From positions 3,040,001 through 3,104,000 of the forward strand of contig OY970178.1 in NCBI GenBank assembly GCA_963707915.1: 64,000 nucleotides of DNA, written 5' to 3'. How positions within the stretch are numbered: the stretch's first letter is position 1; every line of letters starts with the position of its first letter. A program made the position numbers and the translations under genes. The DNA is from Candidatus Eiseniibacteriota bacterium. GTDB lineage: Bacteria; Eisenbacteria; RBG-16-71-46. Positions 47,693 through 60,162 of the stretch are shown piece after piece. The notes beneath the pieces were generated by a model. That model searched no databases. It was given only the letters and a program-made list of their open reading frames with translations, and was not told the DNA's origin.

Positions 47693-48040
47693 ATGGTCAC
47701 CATCACCGAAGCCGCCAGCCAGAAGCTCGCCGAGGTCATCCGCCAGCAGGGCGAGCACGGCGGCGAGATCTACGGGCTCCGCCTGAGCGCCGCCCCCGGC
47801 TGCTGCTCGGGAGCGCAGTACGGGATGTCGCTCGCCAAGCAGCTCGAAGCCGGTGACTGGGAGGGCGAGTTCGGCGGGCTGAAGGTGCTGGTGGACCCGG
47901 AGAGCGCACCGTTCCTCCAGGGCGTGGCGATCGACTACGTCGAGACGCCCGACGGCTCGGGTTTCACCATCAAGAACCCCAATGCCGTCGAGAGCCCCGA
48001 GGGCGGCTGCGGCTCCGGCGGCTGCTCCTCCTGCGGCTGA
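47693..48040 (+). CDS. A-type Fe-S carrier (IscA/HesB family)
   Basis: ITEAA, GCCSGAQY, VDPESAPFLQGVAIDY, GFTIKNPN, Cys-rich tail. Alternative ATG at 47651. Confidence 0.88.
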   Translation: MVTITEAASQKLAEVIRQQGEHGGEIYGLRLSAAPGCCSGAQYGMSLAKQLEAGDWEGEFGGLKVLVDPESAPFLQGVAIDYVETPDGSGFTIKNPNAVESPEGGCGSGGCSSCG

Positions 48041-48050
48041 GGACGGGGCC

Positions 48051-49196
48051 GTGAGCGACGAGCCGGACGAGGGACCGCAGGCGCTGCCGTTCGCGGACTT
48101 CGCCCTGCTGCCGGAGGACGAGGTCCGCGAGCGCATCCGGGTCGCGAAGCGCGTGCTCGGATCGCGGCTCGTCATCCTCGGCCACCACTACCAGCGCGAG
48201 AGCGTGATCGAGTTCGCTGACTTCCGCGGCGACTCGCTGAAGCTCTCGCAACTGGCCGCGCTCCAGCGGGAGGCGGAGTTCATCGTCTTCTGCGGCGTGC
48301 ACTTCATGGCGGAGTCGGCCGACATCCTGTGCCGGCCCCGCCAGTCCGTGCTGCTGCCCGACCTCAGGGCCGGCTGCTCGATGGCGGACATGGCCGCCGG
48401 CGCGGACGTCGAGGAGGCCTGGGAGCGGCTGGTCGCGGCGCATGGCGACACCCTGCTGCCGGTCACCTACATGAACTCGACGGCCGAGCTGAAGGCCTTC
48501 TGCGGGGCGCGCGGGGGCGTGGTGTGCACCTCCTCGAACGCCCGCGCCGTGCTCGAGTGGGCCTGGGCGCGCAGGGCGCGCGTGTTCTTCTTCCCCGACC
48601 AGCACCTCGGCCGCAACACCGCCTTCGCGATGGGCGTGCCGCTCGAGCGCATCGCGGAGTGGGACTGGCAGGGCGAGGACCTGGACCGGGTGAACGCCTC
48701 GTGCTACGAGGCGGACCGGCGCCTCATCCTGTGGCGCGGCTTCTGCTCCGTGCACACGCGGTTCACGAAGCAGGAAGTGGACGAGGCGCGCGCGCAGGAC
48801 CCCGCGGTGAAGGTGCTGGTCCATCCCGAGTGCCCGTTCGACGTGGCGCGCGGCGCGGACCTGGTCGGCTCGACGGAGTTCATCATCGAGCAGGTGCGCA
48901 AGGCGCCGGCCGGGACGCACTGGGCCGTCGGCACCGAGATCAACCTGGTCCGCCGTCTCGCGCTCGAGCACCCGGAGCAGCGGGTCGATTCGCTCCAGAG
49001 GACGGTCTGCCCCTGCGCCACGATGAACCGCATCGATCCCCCGCACCTGCTGTGGGTGCTGGAGAACCTGGTCGAGGGCCACCGGGTCAACGTCGTCGAG
49101 GTCCCGGAGACCGTGAAGCACTACGCCCGGCTGGCGCTGGACCGGATGCTGGGCCTCGGGGTCCCCGGCGGGACGGCCCCGATGGCGAGGGACTGA
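48051..49196 (+). CDS. nadA: Quinolinate synthase
   Basis: ILGHHYQR, GDSLKLS, FCGVHFMAE, AGCSMADM, YMNS, CTSSNA, PDQHLG, CSVH, HPEC, CATM. Confidence 0.96.
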   Translation: MSDEPDEGPQALPFADFALLPEDEVRERIRVAKRVLGSRLVILGHHYQRESVIEFADFRGDSLKLSQLAALQREAEFIVFCGVHFMAESADILCRPRQSVLLPDLRAGCSMADMAAGADVEEAWERLVAAHGDTLLPVTYMNSTAELKAFCGARGGVVCTSSNARAVLEWAWARRARVFFFPDQHLGRNTAFAMGVPLERIAEWDWQGEDLDRVNASCYEADRRLILWRGFCSVHTRFTKQEVDEARAQDPAVKVLVHPECPFDVARGADLVGSTEFIIEQVRKAPAGTHWAVGTEINLVRRLALEHPEQRVDSLQRTVCPCATMNRIDPPHLLWVLENLVEGHRVNVVEVPETVKHYARLALDRMLGLGVPGGTAPMARD

Positions 49197-49198
49197 GC

Positions 49199-50116
49199 GT
49201 GGCGGGCGATCCGGCGCGGCCGGAGGCGACCCCCGCGGCGGCCCCGGAGCCCGGCATCCGCCGGCTCCCGCCGTGGCTCAAGAGCACCCTCCCGGGCCGG
49301 GGCGAGTACGCGGAGACCCGCGCCCTGCTGCGCGTGCAGCGCCTGGCCACGGTGTGCGAGGACGCGCGCTGCCCCAACCTCGGTCACTGCTGGGAGCGCG
49401 GGACCGCCACCATCATGATCCTGGGCGAGCGCTGCACGCGGCGCTGCGGCTTCTGCGCCGTGGGCCCGGGGAAGCCCGACGGGGTGGTGGACTGGGACGA
49501 GCCGCGCCGCGTCGGCGAGGCCGTGGCCGCGATGGGCCTGCGGCACGCGGTCGTCACCTCGGTGACGCGCGACGACCTGGCGGACGGCGGGAGCACGGTG
49601 TTCGCGATGGTGATCGACGAGATCCGCCGGCGCTCGCGGACGGTGGTCGAGGTGCTGGTCCCCGACTTCCGCGGCCGGGCGGAGGACCTGCAGCGGGTGA
49701 TCGAAGCGCGGCCCGACGTCATCAACCACAACGTCGAGACGGTCGAGCGCCTGCACCCGACGGTGCGCCCGAGCGCGCGCTACACCCGCTCGCTGGAGCT
49801 GCTGCAGCGGGTTCAGCGGAGCGGGGCGGGGATCCGGACGAAGTCGGGGATCATGCTGGGCCTGGGCGAGACCGACGCGGAGGTCGAGCGGACGCTCGTC
49901 GACCTGCGCGCGCACGGCTGCGAGCTGCTCACCATCGGGCAGTACCTGCGGCCGACCCCGGCGCACCTGCCGGTGGTCGAGTACGTGCACCCCGACAAGT
50001 TCGCCGCCTGGAAGTCGCGCGCCGAGGCGCTGGGCTTCGAGCGCACGGCGAGCGGGCCGCTGGTGCGCTCCTCGTTCCACGCGGACGAGCTGGCCGGGAC
50101 GGTCGGCGCGGAGTAG
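49199..50116 (+). CDS. lipA: Lipoyl synthase
   Basis: Auxiliary CEDARCPNLGHC, radical SAM CTRRCGFC, HNVETV, TIGQYLRP, PLVRSSF. Confidence 0.96.
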   Translation: MAGDPARPEATPAAAPEPGIRRLPPWLKSTLPGRGEYAETRALLRVQRLATVCEDARCPNLGHCWERGTATIMILGERCTRRCGFCAVGPGKPDGVVDWDEPRRVGEAVAAMGLRHAVVTSVTRDDLADGGSTVFAMVIDEIRRRSRTVVEVLVPDFRGRAEDLQRVIEARPDVINHNVETVERLHPTVRPSARYTRSLELLQRVQRSGAGIRTKSGIMLGLGETDAEVERTLVDLRAHGCELLTIGQYLRPTPAHLPVVEYVHPDKFAAWKSRAEALGFERTASGPLVRSSFHADELAGTVGAE

Positions 50117-50136
50117 CCGGGCGCGGCCGGGGCGCC

Positions 50137-50631
50137 CTAGCCCGCGGGTGGCGGCTCGAAGTCCCCGGGCTCCAGCACGCGCGTGATCCGCCCGCTCCCC
50201 TGGCCGGCGTCCCACGGGCAGTGGACCCGCACCAGCATCCCGGGCGAGAGGCCCCGCTCGGAACCGGTCAGGCGGCCGACCAGCAGGCCCAGGAGCGGCT
50301 GGTGCCCGACCAGGAGGACGTGGCCCGCGCGGGCCCCGAGGGTGCCGAGCGCGTCCAGCACGTCGGCGGCGTCGTGCTCGGGCTCCAGGTCGCGCAGCAG
50401 CTCGACCTCGACCGGCGGGACGGACGCTGCCGCGACGATCCCGGCACTCTGCCGCGCGCGCTGGTAGGGGCTCGAGAAGACGCGGTCGGGGCGCCAGCCC
50501 TCGCCCGCCAGTCGCTCGCGGAGCGCCTCGAGCCCGCGGACCCCGGCGGGCGAGAGCACGCGGTGACGGTCGCCGGCCGCTCCCGCGGGGAGCGCCAGGC
50601 CGTGTCGGAGGAGGTCGAGGGTGAGGGCCAA
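50137..50631 (-). CDS. sixA: Phosphohistidine phosphatase SixA-like
   Basis: LLRHG, D..RVLSPAG, SSPYQRARQSA, LLVGHQP. TTG start inferred. Confidence 0.82.
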   Translation of the reverse strand: MALTLDLLRHGLALPAGAAGDRHRVLSPAGVRGLEALRERLAGEGWRPDRVFSSPYQRARQSAGIVAAASVPPVEVELLRDLEPEHDAADVLDALGTLGARAGHVLLVGHQPLLGLLVGRLTGSERGLSPGMLVRVHCPWDAGQGSGRITRVLEPGDFEPPPAG

Positions 50632-50637
50632 GCGGGG

Positions 50638-50709
50638 AGGGTCGCGGCGCGGGGCGGCGTTGTCAAGGACCGGCGCCCGGTTGCGGCACCCCGGAGCCTC
50701 CGATAGGGT
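50638..50709. promoter_or_regulatory. Divergent promoters: sixA (minus, TTGACA-N17-GACCCT) and metH (plus, TTGCGG-N17-TAGGGT)
   Basis: Minus-strand -35 at 50661-50666 and -10 at 50638-50643; plus-strand -35 at 50681-50686 and -10 at 50704-50709. Confidence 0.5.
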
Positions 50710-50753
50710 CACCCGAGGACCGCGTCCACGACCGCCGAACCCGGGAGCGCCAC

Positions 50754-54254
<3,501 letters not shown>

Positions 54255-54265
54255 GGCGCCCCGAC

Positions 54266-57007
54266 CTACGCCTCGCGCGGCTCCGGCGCTTCCGGGTCGA
54301 GGCCGTAGTCGCGGATGGCGGCCGCCACGGCCTCGGGCGCGACCTGCCCCTCGCGCGCCAGGGCGGCGAGCGTGGCCACGACGATGTGCTCGGCGTCCAC
54401 CTCGAAGTGCCGGCGCAGGGCCTCGCGCGTGTCGCTGCGGCCGAAGCCGTCGGTGCCGAGCGGGGTGAAGGAGCGCGGCACCCAGCGGGCCACCATGTCG
54501 GGCACCGACTTCATGAAGTCGCTCGCCGCGATCACCGGCCCCGGCGCGTCGCCGAGCGCGGCGGTCACGTAGGGCACGCGCGGCGTCTCGAGCGGGTGCA
54601 GGCGGTTCCAGCGCTCGACCGCGAGCGCCTCGTTGCGCAGTTGCTGGTAGCAGGTCACGCTCCAGACGTCGGCCGCGACGTCGTGGCGCTCCGCGAGCAG
54701 CGCCTGCGCCCGCAGGGCCTCGCGCAGGATGACGCCGCTGCCGAAGAGTTGCGCGCGCTTCGTGCCGGCGCCGCCGCGGCGGAACCGGTACAGGCCGCGC
54801 AGGATGCCCTCCTCCACGCCCTCGGGCATCGGGGCCATGGGGTAGTCCTCGTTGTAGAGCGTGAGGTAGTAGAAGACGTCCTCGCCCCGGGTGTACATGC
54901 GCTCGAGCCCGTCGCGGACGATGACCGTCACCTCGTACGCCCAGGCCGGGTCGTAGGCGAGCAGGTTCGGGATGACCGAGGCGAGCACCAGGCTGTGGCC
55001 GTCCTCGTGCTGCAGGCCCTCGCCGTTGAGCGTGGTGCGGCCCGCGGTGGCGCCGAGCAGGAATCCGCGTCCGCGCATGTCCGCGAAGGCCCAGGCGAAG
55101 TCGCCGGTCCGCTGGAAGCCGAACATCGAGTAGAAGATGTAGAAGGGGATCATCGGCTCGCCGTGCGTGGCGTACGACGTGCCCGCCGCGGTGAAGGCGG
55201 CCATCGAGCCGGCCTCGTCGATGCCCTCCTCGAGCACCTGCCCGTCGGCCTTCTCGACGTAGGAGAGGTAGACCCTCGAGTCCACCGGCTCGTAGCGCTG
55301 TCCGCCCGCGGCGTAGATGCCGACCTCCTTGAACAGCACCTCGAGGCCGAAGGTGCGCGCCTCGTCGGGGATGATGGGCACCACCCGCCGGCCCCAGGCG
55401 GGGTCGTGGATCAGGTTGCGCAGCAGCTTCGCGAAGGCCATGGTGGTCGAGACCGCCTGGTCCCCGCGCGTGCCGGTGAAGAACTCGGCGAACACCGCGT
55501 CCTGCGGCGCCGGCAGCGGCCGGGCGCGCACGATGCGGCGGGGCAGGCAGCCGCCGAGCGCGCGGCAGCGCTCGACCATGTACCGCACCTCGGGGCTGTC
55601 CGGCCCGGGATGGTAGTAGGGCGCGTCCTTGAGCCGGTCGTCGGGGATCGGCAGCTGGAGCCGGTCGCGGAACTTGCGCAGCTCCTCCTCGTTCATCTTC
55701 TTCTGCTGGTGCGCGACGTTGCGCGCCTCGGTGGTGCCGCCCAGCGTCCAGCCCTTGACGGTCTTGGCGAGGATGACCGTGGGCTTGCCCTTGAAGCTCA
55801 CCGCCGCGGTGTAGGCCGCGTAGAGCTTGTGGTAGTCGTGTCCGCCACGGCGCAGCTTCGTCAGCTCGTCGTCGCCCAGGTGCTCCACCATCTTGAGCAG
55901 CCGCGGGTCGCGCCCGAAGAACTTCTCGCGGATGTAGGCGCCGTTCTCGACGGAATAGCGCTGCCACTCGCCGTCCACGGTGTCGTTCATCGCCTCGACC
56001 AGGACGCCGTCGTAGTCCTGCGCCAGCAGCGGGTCCCACTCGCGGCCCCAGATGACCTTGATGACGTTCCAGCCGGCCCCGGTGTAGAGCGCCTCGAGCT
56101 CCTGGATGATCTTGCCGTTGCCCCGCACCGGGCCGTCGAGCCGCTGCAGGTTGCAGTTCACGACGAAGGTCAGGTTGTCGAGGCCCTCGCGGCCCGCCAG
56201 CGCCAGCCCGCCGGAGGCCTCCGGCTCGTCCGTCTCGCCGTCGCCGAGGAAGGCCCAGACCCGCTGTTGCGACGTGTCGGCGAAGCCGCGGGCCTGCAGG
56301 TACCGGTTGAAGTGCGCCTGGTAGACCGCGTTGAGCGGGCCCAGTCCCATCGAGACCGTGGGGAACTCCCAGCAGCCGGGCATGAGCCGCGGGTGCGGGT
56401 ACGAGGACAGCCCGAGCCCGCCGACCTCCTGGCGGAAGTGGTCGAGCTGCTGCTCGCTGATGCGGCCCTGCAGGAAGCCGCGGGCGTAGATGCCGGGCGC
56501 GGCGTGGCCCTGGAAGAAGACCTGGTCGCCGGGCCCGTCGTCCTTGCCGCGGAAGAAGTGGTTGAAGCCCATCTCGTAGAGCGAGGCGCTCGAGGCGTAG
56601 GTCGCGAGGTGCCCGCCCAGGCCGGGGAACAGGTGGTTGGCGCGCAGCACCATGACCACGGCGTTCCAGCGGATGATGCGGCGGATGCGGTGCTCCATCT
56701 CCTCGTCGCCCTGGAAGACGGGCTCCTGCTCGGGGGAGATGGTGTTGATGTAGCGCGACTGCACCAGCCCCGGCAGGCCGATGTGCAGCATGCGCGCCCG
56801 CTTGAGCAGCTTGCGCATCAGGAAGTCGGCGCGCTCGGGTCCGTGCGCCTGGACGACCCCGTCCAGCGCCGCCGTCCACTCGCGGGTCTCCACCGGGTCG
56901 GGATCCGGCAGCTGCCGCTTGAAGCCGTCCAGCTGGCCGAGCCGGTAGCTTTCGCCCGGCTGGAGCTCGTCGTGCTCGGTCAGCGACCCGTCGTCGGTGA
57001 TGCCCAT
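54266..57007 (-). CDS. aceE: Pyruvate dehydrogenase E1, homodimeric type
   Basis: DPDPVETREW, YINTI, GGHLATYAS, SSYPHP, FPTVSMGLG, GDGETDEPE, NCNLQRLDGPVRGNGKIIQELE, GEGLQHEDG. Confidence 0.96.
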   Translation of the reverse strand: MGITDDGSLTEHDELQPGESYRLGQLDGFKRQLPDPDPVETREWTAALDGVVQAHGPERADFLMRKLLKRARMLHIGLPGLVQSRYINTISPEQEPVFQGDEEMEHRIRRIIRWNAVVMVLRANHLFPGLGGHLATYASSASLYEMGFNHFFRGKDDGPGDQVFFQGHAAPGIYARGFLQGRISEQQLDHFRQEVGGLGLSSYPHPRLMPGCWEFPTVSMGLGPLNAVYQAHFNRYLQARGFADTSQQRVWAFLGDGETDEPEASGGLALAGREGLDNLTFVVNCNLQRLDGPVRGNGKIIQELEALYTGAGWNVIKVIWGREWDPLLAQDYDGVLVEAMNDTVDGEWQRYSVENGAYIREKFFGRDPRLLKMVEHLGDDELTKLRRGGHDYHKLYAAYTAAVSFKGKPTVILAKTVKGWTLGGTTEARNVAHQQKKMNEEELRKFRDRLQLPIPDDRLKDAPYYHPGPDSPEVRYMVERCRALGGCLPRRIVRARPLPAPQDAVFAEFFTGTRGDQAVSTTMAFAKLLRNLIHDPAWGRRVVPIIPDEARTFGLEVLFKEVGIYAAGGQRYEPVDSRVYLSYVEKADGQVLEEGIDEAGSMAAFTAAGTSYATHGEPMIPFYIFYSMFGFQRTGDFAWAFADMRGRGFLLGATAGRTTLNGEGLQHEDGHSLVLASVIPNLLAYDPAWAYEVTVIVRDGLERMYTRGEDVFYYLTLYNEDYPMAPMPEGVEEGILRGLYRFRRGGAGTKRAQLFGSGVILREALRAQALLAERHDVAADVWSVTCYQQLRNEALAVERWNRLHPLETPRVPYVTAALGDAPGPVIAASDFMKSVPDMVARWVPRSFTPLGTDGFGRSDTREALRRHFEVDAEHIVVATLAALAREGQVAPEAVAAAIRDYGLDPEAPEPREA

Positions 57008-57221
57008 GGAGCTTCGTCCCCTTCGAGTGTGTGCCGCAGTCCCGTCCCCGATTCGATGCGGCCCGCGCCGTCCCGACTCACGCTCCGGCCGCGCCAGCAG
57101 GATAGCGCAGCCGCCCTCGCCAGGTGAACGGCAGAGCCGCACGGAGGGCCGGTGCTCGAAAGGTGTGGCGCGGGGGCGTCTGCCGGCGCCCCCGCGCATC
57201 CCGCGGCCCCGCCACGCCGGC

Positions 57222-59585
57222 CTAGGACGTCAGCGGCTGGTGCCGGTCGAGGGCCTCGCGCAGCTTCTGTGCGATCTGCTGGATCCGGTAGGGCTTGGCC
57301 ACGAAGCTCATCGCGCCCGCCTCCATCCACGAGGACTGGCTCTCGACCGTGGCGTAGCCGCTCGCGATGACCACCGGCAGGGCCGGCCGCAGCCTCCGCA
57401 CCTCGTGCAGGACCCGTTCCCCCGAGATGCCCGGCAGCGTCAGGTCGAGCAGCATCACGTCCACGTGCGGCTCGCCCAGGCGCAGGATCTCCAGCGCCTG
57501 CTCCCCGGTCTCCACCGCCACCACGTCGAACCCGCGCTGCTGCAGGCCCGTGCGCGCCAGCGCCCGCAGGCTCGGCTCGTCGTCCACCACCAGCACGGTC
57601 TCGTGGCCGCGCGCGGTCGCCGCCGCCGGCACCAGCAGCGGCGCCTCGTCGGCCGTGTCCACCGGGAAGACCGCCCGGAACGCGGTCTCGTCCGGGCCCG
57701 CCGCGGTCACCAGCCAGCCCCCGTGGGCCCGCATGATGTCCTCGACGATGGTGAGCGTGAGCCCGGCCCGGTCGGGCGCCGGCTCCACCGCGCGACGCGT
57801 CCGGCGGCCGGGCGTCGTGTTCAGCTCGAGCGTGACGGCGTGGCGCGGCTCGCCCGCGCCGAGCGCCTCCTCCGGGGGGCGCGCCTGCTCGACCAGGCGC
57901 GTCGCCAGCGTGAGCGTGCCGCCCGCGCCGATCCGGTCGCGCACCTCCTGCACGAGGTTCACCAGCACCTGCTGGAGCAGCAGCGAATCGCCCAGCAGCA
58001 GCGGCAGCTCCGGCGCCAGCCGCAGCGTCAGCGAGGCGGACGGGTCGAGGGCGCTGCGCAACACCTCGTAGGCGTCCTCGATCACCCGGTTCAGGTGGAG
58101 CGGCAGCCGCTCGAAGCGCGCACTGCGGCTGAACTCCAGCAGCGCCCGGGTGAGGCGCGATGCCCGCTCGGTGGCGCCGACGATCTGCGCCGCCGCCTCG
58201 TGCCGCGGATCGGGCTCGGGGCTCTGCTCGAGCAGCAGCGTGCCGAAGCCGAGGATGGTGCCGAGCAGGTTGTTGAAGTCGTGCGCGACCCCGCCCGCCA
58301 GCCGGCCCATGCTCTCCATCTTCTGCGCCTGCGTGAGCCGGCGTTGCATCACCCAGCCCGCCGTGATGTCCTCCGCCGTGAGGACGCGTCCCACCACGGC
58401 CCCGCTCGCGTCGTGCAGCGGCCCGGTGTAGGTGCGCAGCACGCGCAGGGGCTCGTGCAGCTCGGCGACGTACTCCTCGGCCTGGTCGCTGGTGAGCCGG
58501 GGGACGGACTCGCCGGCCCCGCCGCCCTGCAGGAGCCGCAGCAGGTCGGGCGTGGTCCGCGCCAGCGGGGTGCCCGGCCGGACCGGCTCGTCGAGCCGCA
58601 GCATCTCGGCCAGGCGCCGGTTGCACAGGGCCACCTCCGCCCGGCCGCGCCGCAGGCGCGCCACCAGCACGCCGGTGGGGATCGCGTCGAGGATGTGGCG
58701 CAGGTGCGCGCGCGACTCGGCCAGCTCCTGCTGGAGCGCGTGGCGGGCGCTCAGGTCCTCGATGAATCCCTGCGCCCGGTCGGCCCACGTCTGCTCGCCG
58801 CGCACCGGGACCACGTGGTTCACCAGGTGGGGCAGGTCGCGGCGGTCGCGGTGCACCCCGGTGAAGTGGATGTCGAAGGGCAGGCCGGCGGCGACCCCGG
58901 CGCGGAACTCCGCACGCACCCGCTCGCGGTCCCCGGGGTGGGCCAGCTCGTCCCACGCCCCGTGGCGCCGCAGCAGCTCCGCGGGCTGGTGCCCGAAGAG
59001 GCGCTCGACCGCGGGGCTCACCTCGATCAGCCGCTCCTCGGGCAGCGCCATGGTCCAGGCCACGCCCGGCAGCGCCTCGGCGGCCGCGCGCTGCAGGCCG
59101 TCGGCCGCGCGGACGGTGGCGCGCGCGCGCAGCGCGGCGGTGGTGTCGTGCAGGTGCAGGAGCATGCTCCCGTCCGGCAGGCGCAGCGCCTCGACCTGGC
59201 ACTGGAGCGGCTGGCCCTCGAGGTCCGTCAGCGTGACCTCGTCGCGCAGCGGGCCCGCGCCGTCGGCCAGCCGCCGGGGAACGTCCGCGTCGCCGAGCAC
59301 CCGGGCCAGCAGCGCGGACTCGAGCACCGAGCGGCCGCGCAGGCGGCCTTCGGGCAGGCGGAGCAGGCGGTCCGCGGCGGCGTTCACCATCCGGACGATG
59401 AAGTCGGGCCCGAACAGGATCATCGGGTCCGCCGTGGCCTCGAAGAACGGCGCGAGCGCGGGGTCGGCGGCGGGGGGGCCGCCGCCGCTCTCGCCGGGGG
59501 ACGGATGGCGCGCGGGCGGGAGCCCGACGATCAGCGGATGCGCGGCGAGGAAGTGCCAGGCGGACCGCACTCCGGTGGATCTCAT
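57222..59585 (-). CDS. Multi-PAS hybrid sensor kinase/receiver with a degenerate HATPase domain
   Basis: Three PAS-like segments, QAQKMESMGRLAGGVAHDFNNLL H-box, receiver LVVDDE..LLDLTLPG..KPY; ATP-binding boxes are altered. Confidence 0.85.
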   Translation of the reverse strand: MRSTGVRSAWHFLAAHPLIVGLPPARHPSPGESGGGPPAADPALAPFFEATADPMILFGPDFIVRMVNAAADRLLRLPEGRLRGRSVLESALLARVLGDADVPRRLADGAGPLRDEVTLTDLEGQPLQCQVEALRLPDGSMLLHLHDTTAALRARATVRAADGLQRAAAEALPGVAWTMALPEERLIEVSPAVERLFGHQPAELLRRHGAWDELAHPGDRERVRAEFRAGVAAGLPFDIHFTGVHRDRRDLPHLVNHVVPVRGEQTWADRAQGFIEDLSARHALQQELAESRAHLRHILDAIPTGVLVARLRRGRAEVALCNRRLAEMLRLDEPVRPGTPLARTTPDLLRLLQGGGAGESVPRLTSDQAEEYVAELHEPLRVLRTYTGPLHDASGAVVGRVLTAEDITAGWVMQRRLTQAQKMESMGRLAGGVAHDFNNLLGTILGFGTLLLEQSPEPDPRHEAAAQIVGATERASRLTRALLEFSRSARFERLPLHLNRVIEDAYEVLRSALDPSASLTLRLAPELPLLLGDSLLLQQVLVNLVQEVRDRIGAGGTLTLATRLVEQARPPEEALGAGEPRHAVTLELNTTPGRRTRRAVEPAPDRAGLTLTIVEDIMRAHGGWLVTAAGPDETAFRAVFPVDTADEAPLLVPAAATARGHETVLVVDDEPSLRALARTGLQQRGFDVVAVETGEQALEILRLGEPHVDVMLLDLTLPGISGERVLHEVRRLRPALPVVIASGYATVESQSSWMEAGAMSFVAKPYRIQQIAQKLREALDRHQPLTS

Positions 59586-59865
59586 GACGAGCCTCGCGAG
59601 TGTCGCGACCGGCGCGTGCGAGCCGGTGCGAGTCGTTGGATGCTTTCACCGACGGAGAGCGCGGTCAAGAGGTCCCCGTGGGCCCGTCGGGCGGGCGCGC
59701 GATGCGCCCGCCCGCGGCGGTCGTCCGGCCCGCACCCGCGGGCCTGCGGGTTCCCACTCGCACCGTCTCCGTATGACTGCGTATGCCACTCTCCTCAGTG
59801 ATACGGAACCAGCGTATCGGATGCACGAATTCTCCCATCGTAGCGCGTTTCGAGCGCGGATTTCC

Positions 59866-59894
59866 TTGACGCGGCTCGGGCCGCTGCATAGTGT
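59866..59894 (+). promoter_or_regulatory. Promoter upstream of the second TBDR (TTGACG-N17-TAGTGT)
   Basis: Hexamers with 17-nt spacing, about 270 nt before the ATG. Confidence 0.5.
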
Positions 59895-60162
59895 CCGCCA
59901 TCCGCGGACGGCGTTCATCCTCACGAGGCTCGTGGAGACGCGCGTCGGTCGCGGCCAGCGCGCGCGCCGGACCTGGATGCCGAAGGCCGCCCGGTCCGTC
60001 ACCCTTGCGCGCGGGTGCGTGCATCCCTCGTTCACATCCGCTGGCACTCCGGGGACGGCGTCCGGGTCCGGCTGTCGGGCCGCATCGCCGCAACGCCAGC
60101 CGCACCGGCCGCGCTCGGACGAGCGCGGCGCCGCGGCTCATCTCGGGAGGAGGCAGGAACCG

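Noticed and set aside
48038..48040. TGA after a Cys-rich tail as selenocysteine in a HesB-like protein
   Set aside because: The domain is already complete, nadA starts 10 nt later, and I see no SECIS-like hairpin.
59895..60162. Cobalamin riboswitch or leader peptide ahead of the TBDR
   Set aside because: No B12-box or other conserved riboswitch elements were recognised, and the short ORFs there lack coding features.
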